IMG/VR virus record: IMGVR_UViG_3300005611_000026
Location: 1-58,714 of that record
Reading direction: 5' to 3' (one strand)
From: a virus
Taxonomy: Duplodnaviria; Caudoviricetes
DNA length: 58,714 bases
Numbering within the stretch: position 1 is the stretch's first letter; each line of letters starts with the position of its first letter. Positions 1 through 10,140 of the stretch are shown here, one piece after another. The notes beneath the pieces are model-generated. The model searched no databases and was not told the origin of the DNA. It saw only the letters and a program-made list of their open reading frames with translations. The position numbers and the translations under genes were made by a program.

Positions 1-1185
1 TTAGCGGCGCTAAATTTATCCGGCAATCATAGGATTGTTTTTATTAGCTTTTGGCATGGAGAGCGGGACGCTATAGCAGGGAGTTCGACGTATTACGCTG
101 ATTTGTCGGCCTATTGGGCAGCAATGAAAGCGGATATAAGTGCGTTGAATGACAATATACCGTTCGCATTGATACAACCAGCGGCGCGTGATGAGTCTGG
201 TTATGCTAATGTTTTAGCGGGCTTGAAGCAGTTTGCCGACGACAACGTAAACCGCGCGTTTATTGGGATGTACGGCCAGAACTATGATGCGAATGAACAC
301 TATGACAGAACAGCGGTTTTATATGCGGATCAGGCAGAATATGATTTTTATAGATGGGCTACTACCATGAGCGGCACAACCACAGTACGACATAAGAGCA
401 TTATAGGCTTTAATTCAGATGGCATTGATGCGAGCGGAAACGCAACCAACGGCCAGTTTGAAGCCTTTGTTGGGTATAACTATGCTGGCGAGCTTTTTAC
501 TTACGATGTTGATATTGTTTTAGTTAATGAAGATGGAGCCACAGAAGATATTTGCGTAGTCGGCTATGGGGATAGAGACCTGAAAAGTGACGCAGGTTAT
601 ATTGTTGTTGATACCGATAGAAGCGCGCTAATAGCCGATAACGATACAAACGACTGGCCGAGTAGTGCAAGCCTTGTTTTTAGAGTTGATGGTTCAGTTG
701 TTAATACTTTATCAGCGGCGGATATTCAAGCGTTTACTAAAAGCCAGTTAAGCACTCCGACTGATAGACCCAATTTTGTCACATTCAGGACGGAATTAGG
801 CGCGGAGCTTGGCTGTCTTACGGCAATGGTGACTAATGGCGCTGGCGGTATTGCTGATTCTAATAGCGGCGGGAGTCAGCTTGTCGATGCGGCCGCAAAT
901 TTTGTAGATGACGAACACAATGGAAAGATACTATACAACGTAACTAAAGGTTGTATTGGCGTCATTACTGATACGGTTGCTTCAACAAATCTAGTTTCTG
1001 TTGCGAATATGTTTTTAGGTTCGAGCCAAACCAATGCTGCTGGTGATGTTTACCGCATAGGTTCACAAATTGAAATTGAATTGAAGTGGGATGGTGGAGC
1101 GGCCGCAAGCGTTGGCGGTGGTTTTGAAATCCTAGACACATTAAACAACGACGCCGCGTTTAATGCGATTTTTAGCAGGCCATAA
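1..1185 (+). CDS. 5'-truncated protein with SGNH/sialate O-acetylesterase-like N-terminal region, probably virion-associated
   Basis: Frame is open from base 1 (LAALNLSGNHRIVFISFWHGERDA...); WHGERD resembles SASA WxQGExD, and DANEHY resembles the catalytic D..H. Confidence 0.45.
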   Translation, partial: LAALNLSGNHRIVFISFWHGERDAIAGSSTYYADLSAYWAAMKADISALNDNIPFALIQPAARDESGYANVLAGLKQFADDNVNRAFIGMYGQNYDANEHYDRTAVLYADQAEYDFYRWATTMSGTTTVRHKSIIGFNSDGIDASGNATNGQFEAFVGYNYAGELFTYDVDIVLVNEDGATEDICVVGYGDRDLKSDAGYIVVDTDRSALIADNDTNDWPSSASLVFRVDGSVVNTLSAADIQAFTKSQLSTPTDRPNFVTFRTELGAELGCLTAMVTNGAGGIADSNSGGSQLVDAAANFVDDEHNGKILYNVTKGCIGVITDTVASTNLVSVANMFLGSSQTNAAGDVYRIGSQIEIELKWDGGAAASVGGGFEILDTLNNDAAFNAIFSRP

Positions 1186-1187
1186 TT

Positions 1188-3191
1188 ATGAATGAGAGAG
1201 TTAGAGAGAAAACGCGCGAACGGTTTTTTAGAATTGAAAAGCGCTACGACGACGTAGGAAAAGAAATATACAGCGCGAGCTTTTCTAGTGATATAGCGTT
1301 AAAGCGTGGCTGGTATACCGAGGTATTAGAGCATACACGCGATGCTATTAACATGGAGCGCGCCCAAAATGGGCTAGTCCTTTTGCATAATCACGACATG
1401 GACAAGTCAATAGGCCGCGCGGTTAATATCGGATTGCGCGACGATGGCAAGCTAGGCGGCGATTTTACGTTTAGCAGTGACAGCGAAGCGCAGCGCATTA
1501 AAGCGCAGGTAGACGAGGGCGTATTAACAGACATCAGCATACGCTACGCAATAGAAAGCGAGCGACGCGAAGAAGATAGCGACGGCGCGGTGACGTACAC
1601 CGCTACCCGTTGGACGCCGTTAGAGGTAAGTATTGTCAGCGTACCGGCTGATTCATCCGTTGGCATAGGCCGACATTATCAAGAAGCAAACGAGGGTAAC
1701 ACCATGACCACAGACACGCCGAAGGGCGAAAACAACGCGCCAGATAATTCCGGCGTAGTCAATTTTGAAGGCGCACGACGAGCGGGCGCAACCGAGGGCC
1801 AACTAGCCGAGCGACAACGCGCGGCCGACATTGGCGCACTATTCAGCGAGCCTAAATATCAAGAGCCGGTTTATCAAGGCTTACGAAATGATGCAATTTC
1901 GCAAGGTTGGAGCGTAGAACAAACCATGCGCAAACTGATTGCCGTTTTTGGTAGCGAGAACGACGACGGCTATACACCGGCAGCGACACCGCAAACCACC
2001 GAGGGCGCACGCCACCAAGGCACAGTGCGCATTACCGAAGCGGCCGAAGATAAACTTATACGCGGCATGGAAGATGCTTGTGACGTTAAATTTAACTACG
2101 GCGACAAAGAAGCATTGCGCAGCAAGCAACAAGACAACCAATTTGTCGGTATGTCTTTTGTCGATATGGCGCGCGAGTCATTGCGACTCATGGGCTTTGA
2201 AGATGTTTACCGCCACGACGCGCGAAGCATCGTGGGTTTTGCCTTAAATCCGATGGCCATACCGTCGGGCGGCGTGCGTGGTTTAGTGGGTGCAGGCACT
2301 AGCGTATTTACTAGCCTAGTTGAAAACATCGCGAACAAGCAAATGCAAATCGGCGTTGAAGAAAGTGAGGAAACCTATCGACAGTGGGTGCGCATTGGTT
2401 CAGTTAATTCCTTTTTGCAGGAGTCGCGCGTTGACTTGTCGGGCTTTAGTGATCTCGATTTAGTACCCGAAAATGGCGAGTACAAACACGGCAAAATGTC
2501 GGACGGCAAGGAATACATAAAGGCCGAAAAATACGGCAAGCTGTTTACTATCACGCGCGAAATGCTAGTGAACGACGACCTAAACGGCATGGCGCGCGTA
2601 CCGCGTGAAATGGGCCGAGCGGCAGATCGTAAGGTTGGCGATTTGGTGTATAACATTTTGATTAACAATCCTAACATGCAAGACGGTACAGCGTTGTTTG
2701 CGTCCGGTCATGCGAACGACCGCACAAGCGGCGGCGCGCCTAGCGTGACAGAGCTTGACGCAATGAAAGTGCTAATGACTAAGCAGAAAGACCGCGACAA
2801 CAACAGCACGTCGAGCAACATTAGAATGCGTCATTTGATTGTGCCGATAGCGCTAGAAACTACTGCAATGATTTTGCAGAATGCGGCTAACGATCCCGAC
2901 CAAGCAAGCAGCAACAAAGGCGGCGGCGGCACGCGCCCCAATCCGTTTGCCAACACGTTTAGCACTATCGCGGATGCGCGACTAGACGCTGATAGCGCGG
3001 TGAAGTATTACGGCGCGGCAAGTGCTAACCAAACCGACACGATAGAAGTTGCATTTTTGAACGGCAACGAAGCGCCAGCGCTAGAAAGCGAGAACGGTTT
3101 TACCGTTGACGGTGTGTCGTACAAAGTGCGGCGCGAGGTTGGCGTTAAGGCTATCGGTTATCGTGGTCTAGTACGTAACGCAGGCGCATAA
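1188..3191 (+). CDS. HK97-type prohead protease fused to major capsid protein
   Basis: N-term LLHNHD...IGR, ISIRY, PLEVSIVSVPAD protease motifs; C-term YGKLFTITREMLVNDDL, IEVAFLNG, GFTVDGVSYKVR capsid motifs. Confidence 0.93.
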   Translation: MNERVREKTRERFFRIEKRYDDVGKEIYSASFSSDIALKRGWYTEVLEHTRDAINMERAQNGLVLLHNHDMDKSIGRAVNIGLRDDGKLGGDFTFSSDSEAQRIKAQVDEGVLTDISIRYAIESERREEDSDGAVTYTATRWTPLEVSIVSVPADSSVGIGRHYQEANEGNTMTTDTPKGENNAPDNSGVVNFEGARRAGATEGQLAERQRAADIGALFSEPKYQEPVYQGLRNDAISQGWSVEQTMRKLIAVFGSENDDGYTPAATPQTTEGARHQGTVRITEAAEDKLIRGMEDACDVKFNYGDKEALRSKQQDNQFVGMSFVDMARESLRLMGFEDVYRHDARSIVGFALNPMAIPSGGVRGLVGAGTSVFTSLVENIANKQMQIGVEESEETYRQWVRIGSVNSFLQESRVDLSGFSDLDLVPENGEYKHGKMSDGKEYIKAEKYGKLFTITREMLVNDDLNGMARVPREMGRAADRKVGDLVYNILINNPNMQDGTALFASGHANDRTSGGAPSVTELDAMKVLMTKQKDRDNNSTSSNIRMRHLIVPIALETTAMILQNAANDPDQASSNKGGGGTRPNPFANTFSTIADARLDADSAVKYYGAASANQTDTIEVAFLNGNEAPALESENGFTVDGVSYKVRREVGVKAIGYRGLVRNAGA

Positions 3192-3256
3192 CGCGCAGGG
3201 TTCACCGGGCAACGGATTGCCCACTATTTAAATTGATTATTTGAGGATTTGCAGAC

Positions 3257-3577
3257 ATGACAAACGCATATGTACAGGCAGGCAAGCGTACCAATGTAAC
3301 GCTGGCCGCCAACGCAACACAGGGCACGCTACACGATGAAACAGCGCGCGCCGGTATTTATTTAGAGACAGGTGTCACTGGTGACGTTGTGCCGGTTTGT
3401 TTTGAAGGTCGGTTTACCGTCGCCAAAAACACCAACGCATTCACAGCGGGCCAAAAGGTTTACAGTGACGGTTCAGTTGTTACAGGTTCAGCGAGCGGGA
3501 ACAAAGCGCTTGGCTTTGCAGCAGAAGCAGCGGCCACCGGTGATACGACCGCAGTTGTTGACTTGCACGCCTTTTAA
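3257..3577 (+). CDS. DUF2190-like capsid cement/decoration protein
   Basis: NAYVQAG start, EGRFTVAK, AGQKVY, LGFAAEAA; directly after capsid gene. Confidence 0.8.
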   Translation: MTNAYVQAGKRTNVTLAANATQGTLHDETARAGIYLETGVTGDVVPVCFEGRFTVAKNTNAFTAGQKVYSDGSVVTGSASGNKALGFAAEAAATGDTTAVVDLHAF

Positions 3578-3583
3578 AGTAGC

Positions 3584-3901
3584 GTGAGCCTAAACGACGA
3601 CATAGCGGCTGATATTGCAGGCGAACACGTTTTTTATGATAAAGAGAGCGGGTTTGCAGTTGACGCAACGGTGCAGCCGTCGGGGCCAACAATACAAGTT
3701 ATTTTCGACAATGACTATGTAGACGTTGACACCGGCGGCACGCCATTTGCGGGCAGTACGCCGCGTGCGTGGTGCAGGACTAGCCAAGCGCCGAGCGTTA
3801 GCGCTACGGTGTTAATCGGTAGTGCGTCGTTTATTGTTCGAGCGGTTGAGCCTAACAACGACGGCGAAACGCTGCTTGTATTGCAGGAGACTAGCAGCTA
3901 A
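3584..3901 (+). CDS. Head-tail joining protein (lambda FII-like)
   Basis: IQVIFDNDY...VRAVEPNNDGETLLVL; synteny. Confidence 0.7.
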   Translation: MSLNDDIAADIAGEHVFYDKESGFAVDATVQPSGPTIQVIFDNDYVDVDTGGTPFAGSTPRAWCRTSQAPSVSATVLIGSASFIVRAVEPNNDGETLLVLQETSS

Positions 3902-4353
3902 TGGCGCACGTAAGAGACTCGATAGTTGCGGAAATTGTGTCGCGGATTGATGCAAACGCTACGTTTACTGGTAAGACATTTAAAAACCGGTTACAGCCCA
4001 TAGCTAGCGAATTACAAAACGCGATAGTGGTGCGTGCGGTTAGTGAAGCCGTGGACTATTCGCAAGGTATGCTAGACAGTCAGCCGCAGCACGTAATGAC
4101 GGTGGCCGTTGATGCTTACAGAAAGTTTGCCGGTTCAAATGATCCGTTTAGTGATGCTAACGATTATTTAGCCACCATTGAGGGCATTATGTACGACGGC
4201 ACAACGCTGGCAACATTGGCGCAAGGTGTCGAGCTAGGCGACTTTGAATTAGAACACGATGATAGTGCCGACATAGACACCTATCGGTGCACACAGAATT
4301 TTATCATTTATTACTACGCGCGCGAAGGCGCACCAGAAACACCAATTATTTAA
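3901..4353 (+). CDS. Tail terminator/completion protein
   Basis: MAHVRDSIVAEIVSRI start; position before tail tube gene. Confidence 0.65.
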   Translation: MAHVRDSIVAEIVSRIDANATFTGKTFKNRLQPIASELQNAIVVRAVSEAVDYSQGMLDSQPQHVMTVAVDAYRKFAGSNDPFSDANDYLATIEGIMYDGTTLATLAQGVELGDFELEHDDSADIDTYRCTQNFIIYYYAREGAPETPII

Positions 4354-4365
4354 GAGGGTTTTATT

Positions 4366-4794
4366 ATGGCTACAGCAACTAGGGGTTGTTTGGGGAAAAT
4401 CAAATTGCGCGATTTAGCCGCTTCGGCAGATAGTGAGTCTGATGTTGGTGGCTTGCAGGGCTACACCATATCACAGGAAGCTGAGGAACTAGATAGCAGT
4501 GAAATTGGCACTTGCGAAACCAAAAGCGAGACCGGAAAGGTAACGCGATCAGTAAGTGTGAACGGGTTTTGGGATCCTGCTAGCGGCGCTAATCAGGGCG
4601 AAATCGACGTTGCAAACAAGGTGCATTTAGAAGTGTATCCAGCTGGAGACGGCAGCGGTGCAACATTCTATTCCACCGGCGCTAATGGCGCTACAGTGAC
4701 AAGCTATGAGCAAGCCGGCGATAATGATTCACTTGTAACGTTTAGTGCTACATTTAAAATAAACGGAAGCTGGACTGAGGCGACCGTAGCGTAA
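4366..4794 (+). CDS. Major tail tube protein
   Basis: SVNGFWDP, LEVYPAG, LVTFSATFKING; RBS GAGGG; synteny. Confidence 0.8.
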   Translation: MATATRGCLGKIKLRDLAASADSESDVGGLQGYTISQEAEELDSSEIGTCETKSETGKVTRSVSVNGFWDPASGANQGEIDVANKVHLEVYPAGDGSGATFYSTGANGATVTSYEQAGDNDSLVTFSATFKINGSWTEATVA

Positions 4795-4801
4795 TCGTTT
4801 T

Positions 4802-4864
4802 ACCATAAACCATAAACCATAAACCATAAACCATAAACCATAAACCATAAACCACAAACCACAG
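4802..4864 (+). repeat. Heptamer tandem repeat (ACCATAA)x7 + ACCACAA + ACCACAG
   Basis: Read directly; intergenic, ends just before the AAGGAG RBS of the chaperone gene. Confidence 0.97.
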
Positions 4865-4880
4865 TTAAGGAGTTTTACAA

Positions 4881-5201
4881 ATGCCGCGTTTTGTAGACCA
4901 ATTAAAAAGTGATTTTCTAGCGTTAGAGTTGCAGCGCATTGAGACCAAATCATACGGGCCGATTTATTTCAGGCCGGTGACGCTTTATCAGCAGGAGCAA
5001 ATCGACAACGAGCCAAACCAAATGCGCAAGGCCGCGCGAGCGTTTCAGGTTCGCGCGTTGGATAAAGACGGCAAGCACCATATAGCGCCAAATGAAATTG
5101 ACGACTTAATGAAGTATGCCGACGGTGAGGAGCTAATCGACATTGCACTAGCCATGCAAAAAACGCAGGTTAGTGCAGAGGACGCGGAAAAAAACTCATA
5201 G
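4881..5201 (+). CDS. Tail assembly chaperone (gpG-like)
   Basis: Between tail tube and tape measure; ends AEKNS at a slippery site. Confidence 0.85.
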   Translation: MPRFVDQLKSDFLALELQRIETKSYGPIYFRPVTLYQQEQIDNEPNQMRKAARAFQVRALDKDGKHHIAPNEIDDLMKYADGEELIDIALAMQKTQVSAEDAEKNS

Positions 5202-5353
5202 AGCGGGCCAAGCGCTACAAAAATATGTTTGCGCTCGCATTAGAATTGCACATGACCGTGGAACAAATCCAGCAAATGCGTGTGGACGAGTACCACGGGT
5301 GGCAATGGTACTTTTCAGAACGCAGGCGGGAGCATGGCCAAGCCAAGAATTGA
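5189..5353 (+). CDS. -1 frameshift extension of tail chaperone (gpGT-like), slippery heptamer A AAA AAC at 5189-5195
   Basis: -1 frame reads KLIERAKRYKNMFALALELHMTVEQIQQMRVDEYHGWQWYF... to TGA 5351-5353. Confidence 0.85.
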   Translation, partial: KKLIERAKRYKNMFALALELHMTVEQIQQMRVDEYHGWQWYFSERRREHGQAKN

Positions 5354-7064
5354 ATATGAGCTAGGGATAGACGACCGCACGCGGCAGGCATTAGGCCGTG
5401 TTGATAAGCGGTTTAAAGGCCTAGCCGCTAGCGCCGGCCGTTCGTTTGGTATTGCGACCGGTGCCACCATCACCGCGCTAACCGCGTTAACCGTTCAAGC
5501 GACTAAATCAGCGGATCAAATCGGCAAGCTAAGCACCCAGCTTGGCATCGCCGAAAAGGATTTGTCTGCACTTAAATTTGTCGCCGGTCAAACCGGTGTT
5601 GAATTTAATACGTTTACACAAGCGTTACAGCGGTCACGGCGACGAATAGCCGAAGCCGCACAAGGCACTGGCGAAGCGGTAAAGGCATTAGACGAGCTGA
5701 ATATCAGCGCGCAGGATTTAAACCAGCTAGACCCCGCCCAACAATTTGAAGTATTAAGTAAGGCATTAGCCGACGTTGATAATAACGCCGATCAGGTGCG
5801 GCTAGCGTTTAAACTATTCGATAGTGAGGGCGTGCGGTTATTGCGTACCATCAATGCGACCGGCGGCAGCTTCGATGCGTTAACCCAGCAGGCGAGCGAG
5901 TTGGGCGTAGTGGTCGATCAGGAATTGACAAACAAAGCCGCTAACCTAAATGATGCATGGGACAGATTAAAGAATGCAGCGGCGGGTGTGGGCAATGCGT
6001 TACTTAACACCCTAGCCGAGCCGGTTAGCCGTTTGGCCGATGCGTTTACCAGCGCGATTGTCGGCGCACGAAAACTGCTAGAGCAACTAGGACTATTGCG
6101 CGCGGTTGAAGATCAGCGGCGCGTTGTGCAGATACGCGAACAGCTAAACAAGATAGCCGAAAAAGAATTGAATATTATGGTGCAGCTTAGAAACCTGCAC
6201 GAGTTAGACGAATCGCGCGCCGGTTTTTTGCAGTTAGAAAACAAGCTAGCGCAGGATAAAATAGCGTTACAAACGGAGCTGCTAGAACTACAAAAAGCGA
6301 TCAATCAAGAGCAAACCGGCACCGGTGGCGGCGGTGGTGGTTCGGTCGCGTTAGGCGGTGGCACCAATGCCAACAACGGCAGCGGCCCAGCTTTCCCAGC
6401 GGCGCAAATTGGCTTTTTGAATGAAGATGAGTTCGACCGCGACGACCAGTTAATCGAGCAATACGAACGCGAGGAGGCGCTAGCACAGCAGCATTTAAGC
6501 CGACTTTACGACATAGAAAACCAGTGGAAATCGCGCCTACTGGCATTAGACCGCGCCACCGGTAAAGAGCGCGTAAAGCTAGGCGTGCAGACATTTAGCC
6601 AACTAACAGCGGGCGCGGCGTCTCTCAATAAAACATTTTTTAATATTAACAAGGTCGCGGCAATCAGCGAGGCGTTGATTAACGCTAAAGCGTCCATAGT
6701 CGGTGCGTATCGTTTCGGCGCTAACATTGGCGGCCCGCCATTGGGCGCGGCGTTTGCAGGGGTGGCGGCGGCTACTACGGCGGCACAAATTCAAGCTATA
6801 CGATCACAGCAATTTGGCGGCGGTGGCGGCGTGTCAGCGTCCGGCGGTACAGGTGGGCTAACGTCGCAGGTTACACAAACCAATGTTATTGAGGACAATG
6901 TAAATTTGGATAGCGGCAGTGGTGGCGGTAACGTCATCAATATCGATTTCGGCAATACAGCCGGATTTGTAGACCCGCAAAACGTGCGAGATTTTATAGC
7001 CAACGATTTAGTGCCAGCGCTTGAAGATGTGACCGGCCAAACTATCAGCGTGGTAGGTATATGA
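5334..7064 (+). CDS. Tape measure protein
   Basis: Ala/Leu-rich helical, AFKLFDSEGV motif; likely start MAKPRIEY at 5334 after GGGAG. Confidence 0.92.
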   Translation: MAKPRIEYELGIDDRTRQALGRVDKRFKGLAASAGRSFGIATGATITALTALTVQATKSADQIGKLSTQLGIAEKDLSALKFVAGQTGVEFNTFTQALQRSRRRIAEAAQGTGEAVKALDELNISAQDLNQLDPAQQFEVLSKALADVDNNADQVRLAFKLFDSEGVRLLRTINATGGSFDALTQQASELGVVVDQELTNKAANLNDAWDRLKNAAAGVGNALLNTLAEPVSRLADAFTSAIVGARKLLEQLGLLRAVEDQRRVVQIREQLNKIAEKELNIMVQLRNLHELDESRAGFLQLENKLAQDKIALQTELLELQKAINQEQTGTGGGGGGSVALGGGTNANNGSGPAFPAAQIGFLNEDEFDRDDQLIEQYEREEALAQQHLSRLYDIENQWKSRLLALDRATGKERVKLGVQTFSQLTAGAASLNKTFFNINKVAAISEALINAKASIVGAYRFGANIGGPPLGAAFAGVAAATTAAQIQAIRSQQFGGGGGVSASGGTGGLTSQVTQTNVIEDNVNLDSGSGGGNVINIDFGNTAGFVDPQNVRDFIANDLVPALEDVTGQTISVVGI

Positions 7065-7804
7065 CCGCATATTTATTGGGCCAAGATTTAGATTTATCGA
7101 CAGTGACAATCAGCGGCGCAAGCTATACCAGCGATGGCCCACTAGCCAAGGGCGTAGACGGCCGACTTTCGACTAAAGCCGTTTTAGATGTAACGTTCGG
7201 CACGGGAAGCATTATCGTAGATTACGGCGTAGGTAACACGTTCACCGCTAATGCTATCGGCCTCGCCGGTCATAATTGCACCGGTGTACAGCTAGAGGGC
7301 GGCAACGATGGCGCGAATTGGACGCAGTATGTAAGCAACCTAAATTTAACAGGCGGCACGCATTGCGTCGTGGGTACTACAGGCACGCACCGCTATTGGC
7401 GGATTATTTTCTATAATGCAGGCGGCGCGCAATCGTTTGCGCATTTGGCATTCGGGACAGCGATTACCGGCAAGCCTATCGGCGATGGCTTTGCGCCGTT
7501 ATTGTTCAAGCACTATAAAACCATGAATAAGTTAAACCGCAACGGCGAGTATTTAGGCAGCGTGGCGCGTCGAATACCGCAAGCGGTTCGATTCAAACAG
7601 CAAGGTATCAGTGAAGCCGATATGCGCAACATTTGGGCACCGTTTTTAGAATATGCGTCTAGGCGTCCGTTTTTCTTTGTGCCACAGCTAGAAACCTATC
7701 AAAACGAGGCGGCTTTTTGTTGGTCAGAAGATGCACAAAACGCGGTGTATCGCGGGCTTTGCAAAATGGCGGTCGATTTTAGCGTGCAAGGGGTCGGCGG
7801 GTGA
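7061..7804 (+). CDS. Distal tail-like minor tail protein
   Basis: Follows tape measure; HRYWRI discoidin-like strand, RRPFFF motif. Confidence 0.6.
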   Translation: MTAYLLGQDLDLSTVTISGASYTSDGPLAKGVDGRLSTKAVLDVTFGTGSIIVDYGVGNTFTANAIGLAGHNCTGVQLEGGNDGANWTQYVSNLNLTGGTHCVVGTTGTHRYWRIIFYNAGGAQSFAHLAFGTAITGKPIGDGFAPLLFKHYKTMNKLNRNGEYLGSVARRIPQAVRFKQQGISEADMRNIWAPFLEYASRRPFFFVPQLETYQNEAAFCWSEDAQNAVYRGLCKMAVDFSVQGVGG

Positions 7805-9573
7805 CGTTTACAGCAGGCGCAGGCATAGCGGGCAGCTTCGACAATGCCATACTAGAAATTGATCTAGGCCAGTGCAAACACACCTATGGCCAAAGCCCGT
7901 GCACGGCGGGCGGTTCAGCAGGCGCAGAATGCTACAACGGGCGATCGAATTGCCAAGATACCGCCAACTATGACGAGAGCGGCAACGTCTTAACCGCGCG
8001 GTTTAGTATGGGCGACCGTGCGCACATAGAGGGCGTCGAGGCATTCCCCTGCATTAAACGCATCACTGTAGCGCCAACAAAGTTAAACCCAGCCAAGGGA
8101 TTATCAAGCCGAGAATTGTTAACGGTTTCGCTGTTAGATTTTACGGATAACGACGTTTTAACCGACCCGTACTACGATACACGCACCATTGCGACAAGTG
8201 GCACGTTTTTTGGCAAGCTGTTTGCGCGGTTTCCTTATTACAAAGGCCGAGCGATGCGGCTAAAACTTGGCTTTGCACCAAGCGACGGCAGCGACGCGAC
8301 AATAGGCGACTTTGATAAAACGCTAAATTTTATTATTGATGAGATTGTCGGGCCGGATGATAACGGCCAAGTGACCATCAAAGGCAAAGACATTTTGAGC
8401 CTAACGGACGCGCTCAAGTCCGAGATACCCGCGACCAGCACCGGCACACTATCGGCGGCCATCAATGCGACGACCGGCGCTATACCGTTACAAGCTGGCG
8501 AAGGAGCCGACTATTTAACCGCGACCGGCGACAGTGGCGTCATTTTGATTAACGACGAATTGATTTTATGTACAGGGCGCAGCGGTGATTCGTTAACGGT
8601 GGCGGCTAGTGGTCGAGGTTATGCCAACACAACCGCCGAAGCCCACGACAGCGGCGACGATGTGCAATTATGTTTCGACCGTGGCTTTAGAAGCGCGACA
8701 GATCGCGTTGATGAAATAGTGCGCGACATTTTGCAAGACTATGCGGGCATTGACAGCAGCGCGATACCGTTTAGCGAGTGGTCGAGTCATGTAGATGTGT
8801 GGGGCAGCAATTACTACTTAAAAAACATTATTAGCGACCCGATTAGCGTCAAAGAAGCATTGGAGCAAATCACGCTAGAGACCGGTTTTGATGTCTGGTA
8901 CGACAACGAGGCCGGAGAGATTAAGTTGCGGGCTAATGTGCCGGAAGCCGGTACGCTAACAGCCATTGACGACAGCCAGCTAAACGAGCGGGCCAGCATT
9001 AAACGACTAGACAAAGAGCGGGTTAGCCGTGCTACTTTTTATTTTGGCGTGCGGGATTATTTGGGCGACTTCGACGAGATCAATAATTTTGGCAACCGTG
9101 AAACGCGCATCGATTTAGAGGCCGAAAGTCCAGAGCAATACGGACAGCCCGCTATTAAGCGCGTTTATTGTCGGTGGGTGCATACGAGCGCCATTGCTGG
9201 CCAGCAAGCCACGCGATTATTAAACCGTTACAAACAAGTGCCGATAGAATTTAAGGGCCGTATAGAATACGACCAAGCTGCACTGAAAACAGGCGATCAA
9301 ATACAGTTAACCAGCGATTTGTGCCAAGGTATTAGCGGCGCGCCAAAGTCGAGCGTAATGCAGATCACTAGCCGCAATTTTACGCCCGCCGATGCCGTGC
9401 TTGATGTTACCGCCCTAACGTTTTTATCAGCGGTGGGCAATGGAGCGTTCATTTGCCCGAGCGGCACCGGTGACTATACAACCACTGGCCGCGCGGCTAA
9501 TCCCACCTATAGCTGGATAGCGACAACCGGCGGCACTATGCCCAACGGCGACGAGCCATTTAATATTATTTGA
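7801..9573 (+). CDS. Tail hub/tip protein
   Basis: Cys cluster CKHTYGQSPC..ECYN..NC, GTFFGKL, INDELI; homologous to the C-terminal part of 36591-39620. Confidence 0.75.
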   Translation: MTFTAGAGIAGSFDNAILEIDLGQCKHTYGQSPCTAGGSAGAECYNGRSNCQDTANYDESGNVLTARFSMGDRAHIEGVEAFPCIKRITVAPTKLNPAKGLSSRELLTVSLLDFTDNDVLTDPYYDTRTIATSGTFFGKLFARFPYYKGRAMRLKLGFAPSDGSDATIGDFDKTLNFIIDEIVGPDDNGQVTIKGKDILSLTDALKSEIPATSTGTLSAAINATTGAIPLQAGEGADYLTATGDSGVILINDELILCTGRSGDSLTVAASGRGYANTTAEAHDSGDDVQLCFDRGFRSATDRVDEIVRDILQDYAGIDSSAIPFSEWSSHVDVWGSNYYLKNIISDPISVKEALEQITLETGFDVWYDNEAGEIKLRANVPEAGTLTAIDDSQLNERASIKRLDKERVSRATFYFGVRDYLGDFDEINNFGNRETRIDLEAESPEQYGQPAIKRVYCRWVHTSAIAGQQATRLLNRYKQVPIEFKGRIEYDQAALKTGDQIQLTSDLCQGISGAPKSSVMQITSRNFTPADAVLDVTALTFLSAVGNGAFICPSGTGDYTTTGRAANPTYSWIATTGGTMPNGDEPFNII

Positions 9574-9583
9574 GGTATCAAAC

Positions 9584-10129
9584 GTGGCAACTTGGACAGA
9601 AATAGCAGCGAGCGCCACCACGGCGGGTAAGCCCGTTGATGAAGCGTTAATGACTGCCTACAAAGAAAATGTAAAGGCGGTGGCCGAGGGTGCCAGCGGC
9701 GCGCCGAGAATTGAAAAAGAAGCGATAGACGACGCAGGCATTGAGGCGGGCACAAATCTGATTATAAATAAGGAGTTTACAGCTAACCCTAACACGCCGC
9801 AATCGGGGTTGGAGCATACAATACGTGTGGCAGGTACGTATAACGTAAGAGTGGATATTACCGCGTCAAATGATCCCGGAGGCGTTGGTTTTGCGCAGTT
9901 TGATTTAAATGGAACGCCCACAGGGCCGCTAACGACCGCAGGCGATGAAACAGCAACCGGCACAAATCAGGTTTTTACATTATCCGCAGGCGATTTAATT
10001 AAGGTCAATATTTCAGCATCCAGCGCACAACAGAGAACAAGCATGACAACGCGGCTGCGCATGGGTATTAGCGATCAATCGGCGGTTGCGTACGGTTTGC
10101 CATTAGCCGAGCAGGATTCATTTAGCTAG
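9584..10129 (+). CDS. Minor tail/receptor-binding protein
   Basis: ENVKAVAEGASGAPRI N-terminus shared with 39617-40165. Confidence 0.6.
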   Translation: MATWTEIAASATTAGKPVDEALMTAYKENVKAVAEGASGAPRIEKEAIDDAGIEAGTNLIINKEFTANPNTPQSGLEHTIRVAGTYNVRVDITASNDPGGVGFAQFDLNGTPTGPLTTAGDETATGTNQVFTLSAGDLIKVNISASSAQQRTSMTTRLRMGISDQSAVAYGLPLAEQDSFS

Positions 10130-10140
10130 AGGCTATAGCG

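Noticed and set aside
4729-4953. Minus-strand ORF with VYGLWFM repeats
   Set aside because: It is the translation of the heptamer repeat, antisense to tail genes.
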